A stretch of 64,000 bases of DNA from Mayamaea pseudoterrestris (GCA_027923505.1 BROI01000027.1:186001-250000); one strand, 5' to 3'; counted from the stretch's first letter, positions 44,479 through 57,402 are shown. Notes: generated by a model not told the origin, from the letters alone. A program made the numbers and translations.

Positions 44479-46797
44479 ATGAGCGATGAAACGCTAGAAT
44501 CGGATGTGGGAATCGAATCAGACGGACACCAGCAATCAATACCTGCGGCGCCAGTAGAGGAACAAGCAGCAGGCGAGCAAGACACCTGCAACAATGGAGC
44601 TGCTGCACCAAACAATTCACTCACTGCAACACAACAAACCAAAGCATCGAATAGTTCCAAAAGTACCGAACATTATGATGCAAAAGATCCAGCAAAGGCT
44701 AATACGCCATACGAGGAGACAAAGTGCGACGCTGGTGATCTTTCCGTTGGAACGGATTCTGGAGATTGGAGCGACTCGAGTGGAGGAAACGCAAGTAATC
44801 CAGACGGAAGATACAATCACTACAGACCTCCAATATCAGACAATCGACCAATATTATCTCAAGCTGATATCGAGATCTGCATGGAAATTGATCAGCACTT
44901 TGACCATGCCTTACAGGAACAAGATATTAGCTACACTGCGAGATTCAACTCTGTGCGACAAAGCGCATGCTTCTCCGTCATTTTCATGCTCATCTACTTG
45001 ACACTTGGTACTGTATTCTTCGTGCAGCAAGCCGACTGGACGATTGCCGACTCGCTTCTCTTTAGCGTTTACACTATCACAACCGTCGGCTATGGCCATT
45101 TGGAGCATCCCCAAACGCCAGCGTTCCAAATGTACACAATCATGTTCATATTCATTGGCATTGCCTGCTTGACCATCATGGTGGCTCAGGTCTACCAGTG
45201 CATGGCGCTGGAAGCAACCCGCGCGCAGCATGCGCAGGACATTCGCGACATGAGTCGACAGCAGGCAACCTTTTTGTCGCGAAGTCAAGTAGCGCATCCA
45301 GCTGCAGCGCCAACGACAAGCTCGAATGGATCAGTGGTTGATGAGATTGTCATGAATCGTGACAGCTGGAGTGATCATTTACTACGATGGATGTTTCGCG
45401 CGCGAGTGTTCTTTCGAGATAATGAGTACGGAAGGTCGATTAGTGTCTTGTTTCCGTTTCTCGGGCTCATTCTTGCTGGATCTCTCGTTGTCGGTCCTAT
45501 TGAAGGCTGGACTGTCGTCGAGTCGCTATATTTTGCAGTAGTGTCTTTGACAACAACGGGTTACGGAGATTACTATCCTACTCGGACTGCGAGTATCTGG
45601 TATTGCGTCTTGTGGCTACCATTCTCCATTGGTTTCATGTCTTTATTTCTCGGCAACGTGGCTGCCTTTTATATACGACTGAGTGATGCAAATATCGAAC
45701 GGATTGAATCGCAGTTGCGACGTCGTCTCCAGAGAATAAAAGAGCGGCAAGAAAAGGAACGCAGAGAAGCGAGACGGCGTGCACTTCGGGGCCAGGAGCG
45801 GGCTGACACGTCCGAGGAGGAAACGGATTTGGCTGTTGAAATCGGGACAGTTGAAATCGAAAATGGACAGCGGCAACGACGAAGGATGCGTTCTAGACGG
45901 CACCACTTTGACAAACTGCCAACGACGGAGCATCCTGCGGATGATTCCGCCGATACAGCGTCTCAAGGTTCGCGCTCAAGTGGAAGTCGGGGCAGGCGGT
46001 TCTTAAAATCCAATCGCTCAATGTTTCCAAACCGTCGCGATGCGATCCTACACAATAGTCGTCGCCCTACCAACGAATCCATTAGTGATCAAGCATCTGC
46101 TGAGACGCTTTTGCCATTGCCGGCGGCAACAACATCAATGTCCACGATGCGTGATGTGCTAATGGCGGTACACCGCAATATTGACAAAGAAAGCAGCGAA
46201 GGCATTTCGCTTCGATCTGCAAACGATCCTGAGTTTGAATTTCTCTCAATCCGTTCTCGGACCACAGTGCATCGTTCGTTGGACGACCGATCGTCAGTGT
46301 TACGACCATCATTTGCACTTCGAGCACTGGTGCAAGAGCGACTTTCTGAGATTATTGCCGCAGAAATTGCTGGATACACGAGCAATGTTGACATCCATGA
46401 CAATAGCATGACCATAACGATTGATGTTTTGCGAGAAACTGCCGACAAATGGATGTTACCTCGACGCGCGCGCAAATCATTTCGCTCCATCTGCTTCGAG
46501 GCGCTCGTTTTCGTCGGCGAGCATGGCTTGATTACGCGAGGAGCTGACGCGTTGTACGACTTGACACCATTCGAATATCACTCACTGTTTGCTCCGTTGT
46601 TAGCAGCCATGGGCGACGCGGAAACAATGGCAGGATGGCTCGCAAGCACGCAAGTTCTATCTGATGTTGATCTACATCGGCGAACAACGCTGTCTGTGTC
46701 GAATTCGACCAAAAATGATGTACATTATTCAAACGTCGTTGATCGAGTGGATTCTAATGAGGAACTACAGCACGAATTGCGACTAACGATAGACTGA
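44479..46797 (+). CDS. Two-pore-domain potassium channel (TPK/K2P family)
   Basis: Two pore loops (TITTVGYG and SLTTTGYGD), each flanked by TM helices. Confidence 0.92.
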   Translation: MSDETLESDVGIESDGHQQSIPAAPVEEQAAGEQDTCNNGAAAPNNSLTATQQTKASNSSKSTEHYDAKDPAKANTPYEETKCDAGDLSVGTDSGDWSDSSGGNASNPDGRYNHYRPPISDNRPILSQADIEICMEIDQHFDHALQEQDISYTARFNSVRQSACFSVIFMLIYLTLGTVFFVQQADWTIADSLLFSVYTITTVGYGHLEHPQTPAFQMYTIMFIFIGIACLTIMVAQVYQCMALEATRAQHAQDIRDMSRQQATFLSRSQVAHPAAAPTTSSNGSVVDEIVMNRDSWSDHLLRWMFRARVFFRDNEYGRSISVLFPFLGLILAGSLVVGPIEGWTVVESLYFAVVSLTTTGYGDYYPTRTASIWYCVLWLPFSIGFMSLFLGNVAAFYIRLSDANIERIESQLRRRLQRIKERQEKERREARRRALRGQERADTSEEETDLAVEIGTVEIENGQRQRRRMRSRRHHFDKLPTTEHPADDSADTASQGSRSSGSRGRRFLKSNRSMFPNRRDAILHNSRRPTNESISDQASAETLLPLPAATTSMSTMRDVLMAVHRNIDKESSEGISLRSANDPEFEFLSIRSRTTVHRSLDDRSSVLRPSFALRALVQERLSEIIAAEIAGYTSNVDIHDNSMTITIDVLRETADKWMLPRRARKSFRSICFEALVFVGEHGLITRGADALYDLTPFEYHSLFAPLLAAMGDAETMAGWLASTQVLSDVDLHRRTTLSVSNSTKNDVHYSNVVDRVDSNEELQHELRLTID

Positions 46798-47013
46798 CTG
46801 TCGCTGTCCGTCCGCAATTACTCGATAAGTATAATTTGCAGCGAAATGGTTGCACTGATTATACTCGTTGACAAATACTCTAAAAAACAAACCAAAATTA
46901 TAAGACTTTCATCTGACTAGTCTATGCAAAAATTGTCGACAAAATATTCGAAGCGAGTGAGGGCAAAGACAAAATCACTCGCATCAACAAAATGTTGCGA
47001 TGCAAACAAAAAA

Positions 47014-49205
47014 TTAAGCAGCTTCTTCAGTCTTGTCGACCGGCCTGGCGACCTCTACCGGGACTTCTACCTTTCCATGCTTGGAAGCGCGCATCTCCAT
47101 GAGCTCTTCGACATCCTCCTTATTTGGTCCACTGTAATCGTACGCTGCTCCACGATGGTGAGAAATGTCCAGCCCAACTTCCTCCTCCAGCGGATCCACG
47201 CGAAACATGTTCAACGCTCTCAAAACAATAAAAAACGGGGTCATGATTGCGACAACCCATGAGACAATCCACAAAACGCCACAAATTTGGCACAAAAGAA
47301 GATTGGCATCGGAGCCGGTGGGCCACGTGAAAAACCAACCTTGGTGACCACCTGGATTGACGTACCCAGCGGTGGCCATGAGATCTTGATGAGAAAAGAG
47401 ACCAGATGCGATGAGTCCCCAGATGCCGTTGCAGAAATGAACGGGAATCTGGTAGAATGTACAGAGCGATTTATAACAAATGAGGAATTGAATCGAAGTG
47501 GCAAGACATCGACGACGGCATGTCCAAAAAAACTTACCGCATCGACAGCGTCATCAATCTTGAACCTAATAAGTGTCTTCGATCCAAGGATATAGACCCA
47601 TCCACCAACCATTCTGTAGTGGAAACAACAATTATGAGCCATAGGCATCGGACGCACCAATGACCGGATTGATTTAACTCACCCAATGATAATGGCAGAC
47701 CAAGCCGGCACTGTGGCACATCCCGAAGTAATGGCAACAAGACCTCCAAGAGCTCCATTCATGCACATCGTGAGGTCGTATGATACCTCGCCAGTCTTTC
47801 TGGCCTCCAAGAAGGCGTCGGTAAAGACACCCGAAATCGCACCAGCTGCTGCACCCATCGTGGTAGTGACCGCAGCAAGTGACGCCGTGGCTGCCGACGA
47901 AGGGTTGGCGATCAGCAAAGCTGAACCAGGATTGAAACCATACCATCCGAACCAAAGGAGAAAACTGCGGCGATCATTTGGCAGTGAATGTGGCAGGCAA
48001 TGAGTGAGCGTGCGCTGGTATCTGAATGCAGTCACTCCAGGCACGTCACTTACGTTCCAAGGACCTGTAAGGCAACAGAATGGGGCGGAAAGGTGACGGG
48101 ATGCTCCAAAGGATTGCCGTCTTCGTCATAAAATCGTCCCTTACGCGGACCCAGAATGATAGCCGCAATCAAAGCCGTCGAACCTCCTACCAAGTGAACC
48201 ACGCCAGACCCTGCGAAGTCAACAACGCCCACACCACGGAACGGGACGGCATTAAAGGCTGAAAGAAATCCGTTGACACTCCAGATGCTGTGGACAATGA
48301 CAGGATAGACGAACGACGTCAAGAAGAAGCTGTAGCAAACATAAGCAGACATCTTGCAACGTTCGGCTACAGTTCCAGCCACAATGGTGGCGGCACTAGC
48401 GGCAAAGGCGAATTGAAAGAAGAAGAATGCGTAACCAGAAGTGTCAATCCCACGAAGGCCGAAACCTGAGTTGCCGACGAACGTTGTAGCATCCGTGTCG
48501 CCTCCAAACGCGAGGCCGTAACCGATAGTAAAGAAACCAATAGCTCCAAAGCTGGCATCGAGGATGTTCTTAAGCATAATGTTCTTGACATTCTTCTGGC
48601 GGACGGATCCTGCGCAAAGCATGGCAAACCCAGTCTGCATCATAAAGACGAGGGCTCCCTAAAGACGAGTGAGACTATGTGTTAGGGAATGACGGGTCAC
48701 GTGTGTGACGCAATGCCTGTGGTCCAACTTCCGCGCCCATGCAAGGAAGATCGTTCCGAAGCGCAAACGAGTCGAAATCACCATGGCAATGGTCGGTCAA
48801 AACGATCAATTTTTAGCGTTGCAGCGACATTGCCTTTCTTTCGACTCAAACACTAGCTTCCTAAGCGAAAAATGCCACGCCGTTCCAGGATACTTACCGC
48901 AAAGAGGAGAAAAAACGTGTCGACACCGACAATGATGCCTTCGATGGAAGAAGCATTGACGACGCTGGACGCCTCATTGACGTTCTAGAGTAATGAAATA
49001 GAACATGAAATAATGAGTCAAGCCACGAGCAAGGTCAGTTACGTCAGTCGATGGTTTCTAGTTTCTACAACCAGAAATCCTCGCAGATCGCTGCGCACTG
49101 CATCGCCAGATCAACGCAACTTACCGAATAGAGAGCACAGACGGCAAGATCCTGCGTTTCCAAAGCGTCTCCAGCACAATAGCTCTTGAAATCAAAGGAT
49201 GACAT
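47014..49205 (-). CDS. AMT1: Ammonium transporter, AMT1 family, about 521 aa; exons 49125-49205, 48898-48984, 48054-48658, 47683-47964, 47538-47613 and 47014-47448
   Basis: MQTGFAMLCAGSVRQKNVKNIMLKN, DFAGSGVVH, FLLWFGWYGFNPGS and DDAVDAIPVH motifs. Five GT-AG introns all keep frame. Confidence 0.95.
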
Positions 49206-50082
49206 GGTGTTTCAAGAGGTTGCTGATCAGTCAAATTGTATCTTGGCTGGGTGGGTTTTGTGAGCAGCCTGTTGAAGTCGATGAGCAAGCTGCGGTGCAG
49301 CCTGTTAACATGTGGAATTCAGTACGGGACAGAGAGTATTTTCACCTCCTATTGCACCGTAGCTATTGGCGTATCTAAAATGCCTAACGAAGCGACGGAA
49401 GTTTCAACTATGGCTCATTTAGTAGTAAACAAGTGCGGACGTCAGCCTTATTCATCATCCATCGTGTGTCAGAAGCGAACACCATTCTCGATTGTTCTTG
49501 TTTGGCTACCGTGGGTAGCTTCATTAGGTTTATCAGTAGGAAGCCTGGATGACAATAATAACTTCAAAATCGTTCCATATAATTAGAAGATACGCAACTA
49601 TTTGAAAAGCAACATTTGCAAAACAAGGCAATCACCTTCAAGGCAAGGCCGCCTCCCTCGCCTTTCAACATTCAGCATTTGCAGCGCTCGGCCACTGCTG
49701 AGGCCACAATCGCTGCCGCGCTTGCCACAAAGGCAAAGTCATGTTAGAAGAGTACATACGTAAACATAGGAAATAACAGCTCGGAAAGCAACCTGAGTCG
49801 TCCCAACGAACATAATATTTGATGTGTTGCGACCGATTTCCTCCTATAATTAAGAACCAACCGCCATCGGAAATTTTCTATTGCATGATGTCCTTCAGTT
49901 CTTTTGACAGATATTTTTAGCTTGCGTTGTGAAGAGCATGGCTCCTTAACGTTTCGAGGCAGTAATAGAGTGATGTTCATGACCTGACACTTTATCAAGG
50001 GTTTGAAATGCTTGCATCACGCGTAGTCACGCGGATGCTTGCCAAAATGAACAGATAACAAGAAGTCACAATTGGATAAGCA

Positions 50083-51505
50083 CTAGCAGCTTGACTTTCT
50101 CCGATCAGCATGTGTTGATTCGGAGTTTCGTTCAAAAATCATCATCGCCATGGACTCCCTGCGTCGCTCCTGGATGCGTTTGGTGACGAGCGGATTTTCC
50201 TTAACCATGATCATGAAGCATTCAAGTTTAAGCAGTTCCCACTCGCTTTCCTCGTCGTTAACTGCCCAAGTGTGGTCAGGATCGCATTGAATGTTATTGA
50301 TTCTGTAATAAAGGAACGACAAGATGTACATGGTGAGCACTTTCGAATAAAATGCACAAATTCGCGCACACTACACAGTAAACTTACCGGCCAAGACACT
50401 TTACCCACTCCCTTTGCTCCTGCGACTTTAACACGTCCAATCGTCCGACGCGGTACAGCATCATCTGTACCACTAGCTCCCAGTAGTAAAAGCGATGCTC
50501 CGACGCAATCTCCTTGTCAATAGGCTTGCCAAGCACAACGTGCATTCCAGTCAACGCCACCAAGTCACCAAAAGCTTCAAACGCCCGCTTGGACTGGAGC
50601 CGAAACGAACTGTTCCGCCAGTCGCTTCCAGCAACACTGACAGTATGAATTGACGGATGGTTCACCAAGCAGCTCGCCAGCGCAACACAAGCATCATCCT
50701 CCATACCAGTCGTTGACTCTAGTGTCAAGTGCGTCAACGTGTGATTCGCCTGAACAGCCCGACCCAGCGCCATAATGTGCGGCGTCAGGCTTTCCGAGGC
50801 CGCCGCCGAAACAAGGCGGAGCGACAGCAAATGCGTGTTCGTAGAAACACTTTCCGCCAAGTCGCTCCAGCAGCAGCTTTCGATGCGAGGAAAATCCCAG
50901 CTCAGCTCCAACGGAAGGGCTGTGGCAAAGTGCAACTCCCGGACGCGACTGGGTGCCGCCAAGAGACTGGCTAGTGCTAGTCCATTGACGGGGTGCGTCG
51001 TTGTCACGTGAACGCGAATGAGCTTGACACAGGTTGCAAGAGCCTGCAGAATGGGGTCAAGCGGAGCCTCCGTATGCGAGGCTAGTAAACACTGAAAGTC
51101 TGTGAGTGATGGATGGTTCTTGAGCGATGCAGCCAATCCTTGCTGCGCCGACTCGTCAAAGCGGAGCGACATTGTCGTGTTCAAGACCAGCCGCTTCAAG
51201 TTTGGAGCCCGACAGGCCAATCCAACTGGCGAAGCCTCCGTCAATGGTGCGGCAATGTCAAGTTCCTCCAGTTGCTGCATGCTACCAATGATTTCGTAAG
51301 CTTCAACGCGCTGCTCAGTGGTGAGATTGTTGGAGAATCGAGGCCTCCAAATGATTGATGTAATCGTAGTGTTTTCGCGGAGTGCTCCTAAAAAGTCTGA
51401 GTAAATTGGCGCATTCGAAAGCGATCTTCGTCGGAAGAACATGTTATCCGCAAGAGACAGCTGCGTTGGTCCTGTCCTGATAGTTTCGGCTAAGGTAGAT
51501 ACCAT
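50083..51505 (-). CDS. RNI-like leucine-rich-repeat protein; intron 50303-50387
   Basis: Repeated LxxNxxLxxLxL-type units. The GTAAGT...CAG intron joins CLG-R-INNIQ in frame. Confidence 0.7.
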
Positions 51506-52044
51506 GATTGTTGTCTATGGTAGTATGGGTGCAGCAGAGGGCGGAGATGCTGTTATCGATGGGTGATGGGTGATGGCCTATGGCCTGACTGATGATATCT
51601 GATGCGAAAGCAACAATTTCGTTAATCACAACTTGATGCTTGTCCGGTAACAGAGGGTAACGAAGTTTTGCGTTGTCAACAACGAGGTCAGAGTGGCAGG
51701 AAGGTCTATAGTTGTGAATAACAACGTTCGTCGGCAACCAAATCTGGTCACGCGATTCTCATGGCAATTCACGATCACATCCGGACAAACCTGACTACAC
51801 AAAGGTATATAGTGACGTCACAACCCGGTCATTCGGTTTCGCGGCGCGGCGCGGCACCGAAACATTCGTTTAAGTAAACGAGATGGCAGCCGTAGCTATG
51901 ATAAGTGCATGGAGGCCAACTTCCTCACGTACGTTTAAAGATTCATTTTTACATATACAGGTCTTATATTGGGTCTTACGGCTACTCTAGAGGCGCGCTC
52001 TCTTGTCGAGTGTCTATATTGCATGTCCATCATTCTTGCAATCT

Positions 52045-52704
52045 CTACCTTCGAACGCCGCCGAAGAAACCAGCAGCAAAGCCAGAACCTGCTGGCAAAT
52101 TAAACTCTAGTACTTTGAGCATTTTTCGATACGCGGCCGATGCATCATGTTGGTCGATACGTCCGTCTTGATTCAAATCCATATACTTTTCAATCGTTTC
52201 CTGAATCTTGGTATGATTCACTTCAATGTATCCGTTATAAGCCAGAGTCTGCAAGGTAATGAATCCAAGTCCAAGTACAGTTGCAGTAGCTCTTCCGATT
52301 TGTCGTGCGGCAATGCCGGCGCAATATCCACTCACAAAGCCATAGCTCAGCTGCGACGGAATGCCAGTGTCAATGGCTCCTTGAATCTGCGTTCCCACCG
52401 TCTTGGCCAAGGCATCCATGACGTTTCGATCGGCCAGACCTTTCGTCGACTTGTCCAAAATGTTTTGCCAGCTATTGTTTCCGTCCTTGTCGCCGCCGCC
52501 TTGGTCGCAGTGCACCGTGGAAGCGTTCCATAATGTTGACGAAGTCGAAACGCCGCTCAGTTGCAGCAGCGAAAAGCCAGTCGTTGCCACTGTCGCAGCC
52601 TTGACGAGAGATTGACGAGATATGCGAGTTGCAGTGGCGGAGATCATCATTGGAGCAACCGAGGGTGAAGAATTCAGATGTCCTTTCGTGGATTGTGGAT
52701 CCAT
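52045..52704 (-). CDS. FUN14: FUN14 family mitochondrial outer-membrane protein
   Basis: QLSYGFVSGYCAG...LGLGFITLQTLAYNGYIEVNH...DLNQDGRID...NLPAGSGFAAGFFGG; first ATG at 52704. Confidence 0.88.
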   Translation of the reverse strand: MDPQSTKGHLNSSPSVAPMMISATATRISRQSLVKAATVATTGFSLLQLSGVSTSSTLWNASTVHCDQGGGDKDGNNSWQNILDKSTKGLADRNVMDALAKTVGTQIQGAIDTGIPSQLSYGFVSGYCAGIAARQIGRATATVLGLGFITLQTLAYNGYIEVNHTKIQETIEKYMDLNQDGRIDQHDASAAYRKMLKVLEFNLPAGSGFAAGFFGGVRR

Positions 52705-52743
52705 TTCGTCCTTCGAAAGCACGGTGCCATTTCATGTGAAACG

Positions 52744-52941
52744 TCACTGGCACTCGTTTCGTACTATTGCCTTCATGACGCAGTTTTCACTGGCACTCGT
52801 TTCACGATATTGCCTTTGTGACGCAGTTTTCACTGGCACTCGTTTCATACTATTGCCTTAGGCTTCGTTTTCACTGGCACTCGTTTCATAATATTGCCTT
52901 GTGACGTAGTTTCCACTGGCACTCGTTTCGTAATATTGCCC
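52744..52941 (-). repeat. 42-bp minisatellite array 3 (about 4.7 units; same family as arrays 1 and 2)
   Basis: (T/C)CACTGGCACTCGTTTC recurs at 52744, 52787, 52830, 52871 and 52913 (41-43 bp spacing). Confidence 0.97.
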
Positions 52942-53328
52942 TTTGAAGACAACCATGCGACACGGCGCGACGGATCGCCGACCAACATTTTCTTCATCGC
53001 AGCTTTGTTGAGAACAATACCAAATCCTTCGCACTACAGACCTTCCTTGCTCGTATTATAATTTGCAACGCATACTGTATCTATCATGGACACGGAAGAG
53101 GATGATATGACTGCTGAAAGCGAAGGATTTGAACGAAGTCAGCCAAGTACGTGTCGTGGGAGTGATGGAAGGAAGTTTGGTAAGACTGTATGACAGCGAC
53201 GAATGATTGCGCCAAAGCCGAAGCGAGGAGTGGCATGCTGTGCAATGTCTTACACACTCAACGGTGCTTGATCTCATTAATTGGCAGCCTTTCGATTTGA
53301 ATATCTAAGTAACGAAGAATTATACAAG

Positions 53329-54308
53329 ATGTTTTTTGCACCAAAAAAGACGAGTCTGGAGAAGTTAAACGAAAAACTCGAACACAAGCGTGCACAGCCT
53401 TCCATCGCGATCCGCCGGCAACCTGAGCAGCTCATTCCTTTGAGTAAAAACCAAAACACGCGTGAATTGGACGTACTATCGTTAAACGTTGGAGGAACAA
53501 GTTTCGACGTACTGCGCGGGACATTGACGTCGATTCCGAGCTTGTTGGCAACAAAGTTCAGTGGCGAACGGGACGAGAGCCTGCCCAAGGATTCAGCCGG
53601 TCGATTCTTTCTGGATGAAGATTACGAGTTATTTATAGCCCTCGTGAACTACATGCGTGATCACAATCGGGTGCAATCATCTGGGTCTAGTTGCCCAAGT
53701 GCACCCTCTTTTGACGATGGAGGGAAATCGCTGCGTTTCAATCGCATGGTCGATGCAATCAGTCTGTCACAGCACTTTTGGCCTTTTGATTTAGTTTTAT
53801 ACGATAGTCATCATAAGCTTACTATGGCTTATGATGAATCAATGCACGCTCGCATTTCTGCGCCTTGCAAAGTTCCTGCTATATTCTGCAGCGAAAATGT
53901 TCGGATCGCCGACGAGTGCATTCATTCGAGGTGCAAGTTCATCTCAGCGAGGACTGTGATGGATTTAATATAGGCTGGCTCCAATATAGTCTTGACAAGG
54001 CCACTGTGGAGGAGTTGAAAAGCGGAAGAGTGACCTATCTCGACACAAAGAGCTGGTCGATTGAAACGTACAAGAAGCCCACGGTTTCTTTGGATGTTGC
54101 TGGCATTGTATCCTCTCCTGTCGATTTCACCATCAGATGCGTCGATCGTGGAGCAGAATGGTTTGTGAATGGTTGGTTGGTGGCCGAAACAAAAGATGAT
54201 GCACGCACTGGGACGGGCATGCAGCCAATGATCGTGGTGAGAGGCAAAAGTAATTTTCGAATTCTTCGTATGGATATGGAATATGAAATATTTTACCTGG
54301 CCAACTAG
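53329..54308 (+). CDS. BTB/POZ (KCTD/T1-type) domain protein; apparent frameshift near 53870
   Basis: LSLNVGGTSFDVLRGTLTSIPSLLATKFSG...KDSAGRFFLDEDYELFIALVNYMR. The protein-like continuation (53865-54308) is in another frame. Confidence 0.7.
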
Positions 54309-54416
54309 ACGCGTCGCTTATATTGTCATGAAAGCGTGGCTAGACAGTCGGGCTAGGGGTTCATACCTACATATATATTGCGGCTCGCCAACTATTACTA
54401 AGATGATCTTGTACAA

Positions 54417-57402
54417 TTATTCAATATCAATCTTTTCGGAAATTGTGAACTCTTTAATCTCGGCCAGTGGCTGAACGGGAAATAGAGGCTGGCACCCAAC
54501 AAAGGTTCGGGGGTCATTGATGCATTCGACTGTTGAAGCCGGAGGCAGCTTGAATGCATCCGTATGTTCTCTTCCGAAAACTTGTACAGATAGCTTACGA
54601 CGATTAGGTGAGCCAGCGACAAGGTATCTGTCGAACAAGCGCAACACATCTAGCTTTGATAGCGCCTCGACTTCGTCTGCAATCAAAGCTAAACGCCGAA
54701 AGTCGTAGCGCTGACTTGTAATGGCACTCCAATGTTTCGAAGACTCTTCGCCAAGGCTCTTGTTCTTTTCTCGAAGACCCTCACACACTGACTTGACATT
54801 CGTTTGAAACTCTTCAGCTGAAAGTGCAACAATCTGTTGGCGGACGGTGACGAGGAAGTGCTCAATTCGGCCGTCCATGTGGACTGGATCAAATGAGCCG
54901 CCTTGCACCAAAATCATGAGACTCTTGACCCGATCCCCGCTTGTCTTTATTGAGCTATGGACGATGTAGCCAAGTTGTTCCTCCGTGCGAAGCTGATTAA
55001 ATGCTGGCTCCCTGAGTAAATGGTGAAGAAGAGATAATGTACCATTCGATCGATAGTCCATCGGCCCCATCTGAAATATTGCTAAGGCGCAGCTATTCTC
55101 GTCGTCTTCATTTAGATTGCGCAAGCGATACAGGCAATCAGTCGGCAGCTCAGTTACACGATTTGTAGGTAAATGGAAGGGCGCTTTAGTGGTAAACTCT
55201 GACAGGACGATATCCGAAAGAGCAGTGGCCTCTTCACATGATACGTTGCCATGGACAAGCAGCTCGAGCTTAAATCTAGACACCAGCTCTTTGGAAAAAT
55301 GCTTGAGCTCCGCCGGAGAGACATCCTCTAAAGCTTCCATGCGCTTTGTCATCTCCCATTTTGTATCCTCCAGGCACAAATCGGCAGCATAAATTGCTTG
55401 CTCATATGGTTGAGACACAAAGAAAGCCAAGAATTGACGCCGAAGCTTGTCGACAATGCGATGAAAGAGCTCATCTGTCAGCTTGTCGGTTAGACTCTGG
55501 ATGACATTGACCACGCGCTGGAGAAGATTAATGGCCTTGTGATTGTATCCCGAAAGGTGAATCTCCACCCCGCCTCGAGTGTTGGCGAAGTCGCAGTGGA
55601 GTCCAGCCATGGATGCTGCGTAAGTGAATTCATTGCATTCTTCTCGCGACAGCTCCACCCACAAGCTAGCCAAGACCGAATGCATGGGCCCGCATGCGTA
55701 TGCAGTTGGAGTTCGAAGAAACATCATTATATTCACCTTTGGCATGTCAAACATAGTATCTGGTTTGTACCAAAGTCTGCAGGTCGCGCTATCTAGCAGA
55801 CAGCATGGAACGCAATCCTTCTGGATGAACGCTGGAGAGCGTTGCACCAGTTCAAAATTTGTAGCTAGCATGTCATTCAGCAGCGGCAAATGTAGATCGC
55901 CAAAAGATTCCTTGATTTTTGACGGATCGTTCAAATTTTGCAGGAAATCTGCATCGAAAGATACACGCTTAAACTGGGTACCGTACCACTGATCCGTTTC
56001 GTCTGTACTTCCTGCAAAGTCCTTCGATGCGACAATCATGAGCATGTTCTCAGGCGTCAATGATGTGCGGCATTCTTCAATCAAGACAGGATCAAACTCG
56101 AAATACTTGTACGGGCCAGACACACAAAACTGCGGAGGAAACAAGTGCATTTGCGCCGCAAGCGTCGACGCCGTATCGCTGGCGGGCCGCTTACTCAAGA
56201 AACGAAACTGCATGTCACTCGTCGCTAGCAACTCATCGTGCACGTATTGAGGAACTTCTTGCAGTAGCGATAAGTACGCATACACCATTGCAACAACTCC
56301 TTGCACATTTTCGAGTCCCTGTTCGGTCAGTTCAATGTCAATTGCGAAAACTGTGAACTCACGAAAGCATCGTGACATGTCGTCGGCACCGAGCTCCTGT
56401 GCCCATCCCTTGGCTCGAAGCGCCGCCAACAGCGAACCTGGTCCTTCGTGACCAATCAAATGAGACAAGTAGCGAGACGGCTTGGTTTTATAGAGAGACA
56501 AGGTTTCTCGCATGCACCACTGCAGCTGCAGATTAATAGAGTCCGAAGTGGGAACCATGTTGAGGCGGAGCGGATTAGGCTGAATGGCTGCAACATGACG
56601 CGGCTTGTGACTCGCATCACCCGATGGTATACTAGTAAAGTACTTTTCTGCCATTGCCTTGAGTTCGTCGATTGGTTGCTTACCAACGATGCACAGCGTC
56701 ATGTTAATGGCCTTGTAGTATTGATCGTAAAACGCCTTGACGCTTTCTCGCAGTTTCAAAATGCCATGCGCCGCCAACGACTCACGATTGCCGCTTCCAA
56801 ACATGGCATACGGATGATTGCTGCTTTCTCCTAAAACAGTTCGAGCGAGCTGATGAATTCTCCAATGATCAGCAAGGGTGTTGTTTCGATGCTCCGAGTC
56901 GACGGCGTTGATTTCCTTGTCAATGGAGCTTTCCTTCAACAACGGACAATAAAAGAAGGACGAGAATCGATCCAATGCTCCATCCAGCGCCGATGACTGT
57001 ACATCAAGGTAGTAGCACGTCAGCTCAAGGTCCGTGTATGCATTCGAGTGTCCGCCGTTCGCCGCAAGGTAGGACTCGTGTGCATTTTCGTCAGGGTAGC
57101 GCTCCGAGCCCATGAAAAGCATATGCTCGGTCAGGTGCGCAAGTCCGGGTAGTTCATCTGAGCATATGTATACATCAATCAATTGTTAGATATAAGTTCG
57201 TTCAGAAGCCAATCGTTTATATACGTGGATCTGTCCAAGTTGATCAAAAACACTCACCTTGCATTTGGCCGACGGCTACAGCGACGGATGCAGCGGCTTT
57301 ATCTGTCTCGCTATCGCTAATGAGCAAACAGGAAAGCCCATTGGATAGCGTTACATGCTCATAGATGCGCTTATCGCTCTGGGAAATCTCAATTTTGGTC
57401 AT
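54417..57402 (-). CDS. IDE: Insulysin / insulin-degrading enzyme-like M16A metallopeptidase; intron 57158-57257
   Basis: Inverted zinc motif HLTEH, NAYT, HLIGHEGPGSL and FNQLRTEEQLGYIV. Exon 1 (MTKIEISQSDKRIYEHVTLSNGL...DKAAAS) splices in frame. Confidence 0.93.
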
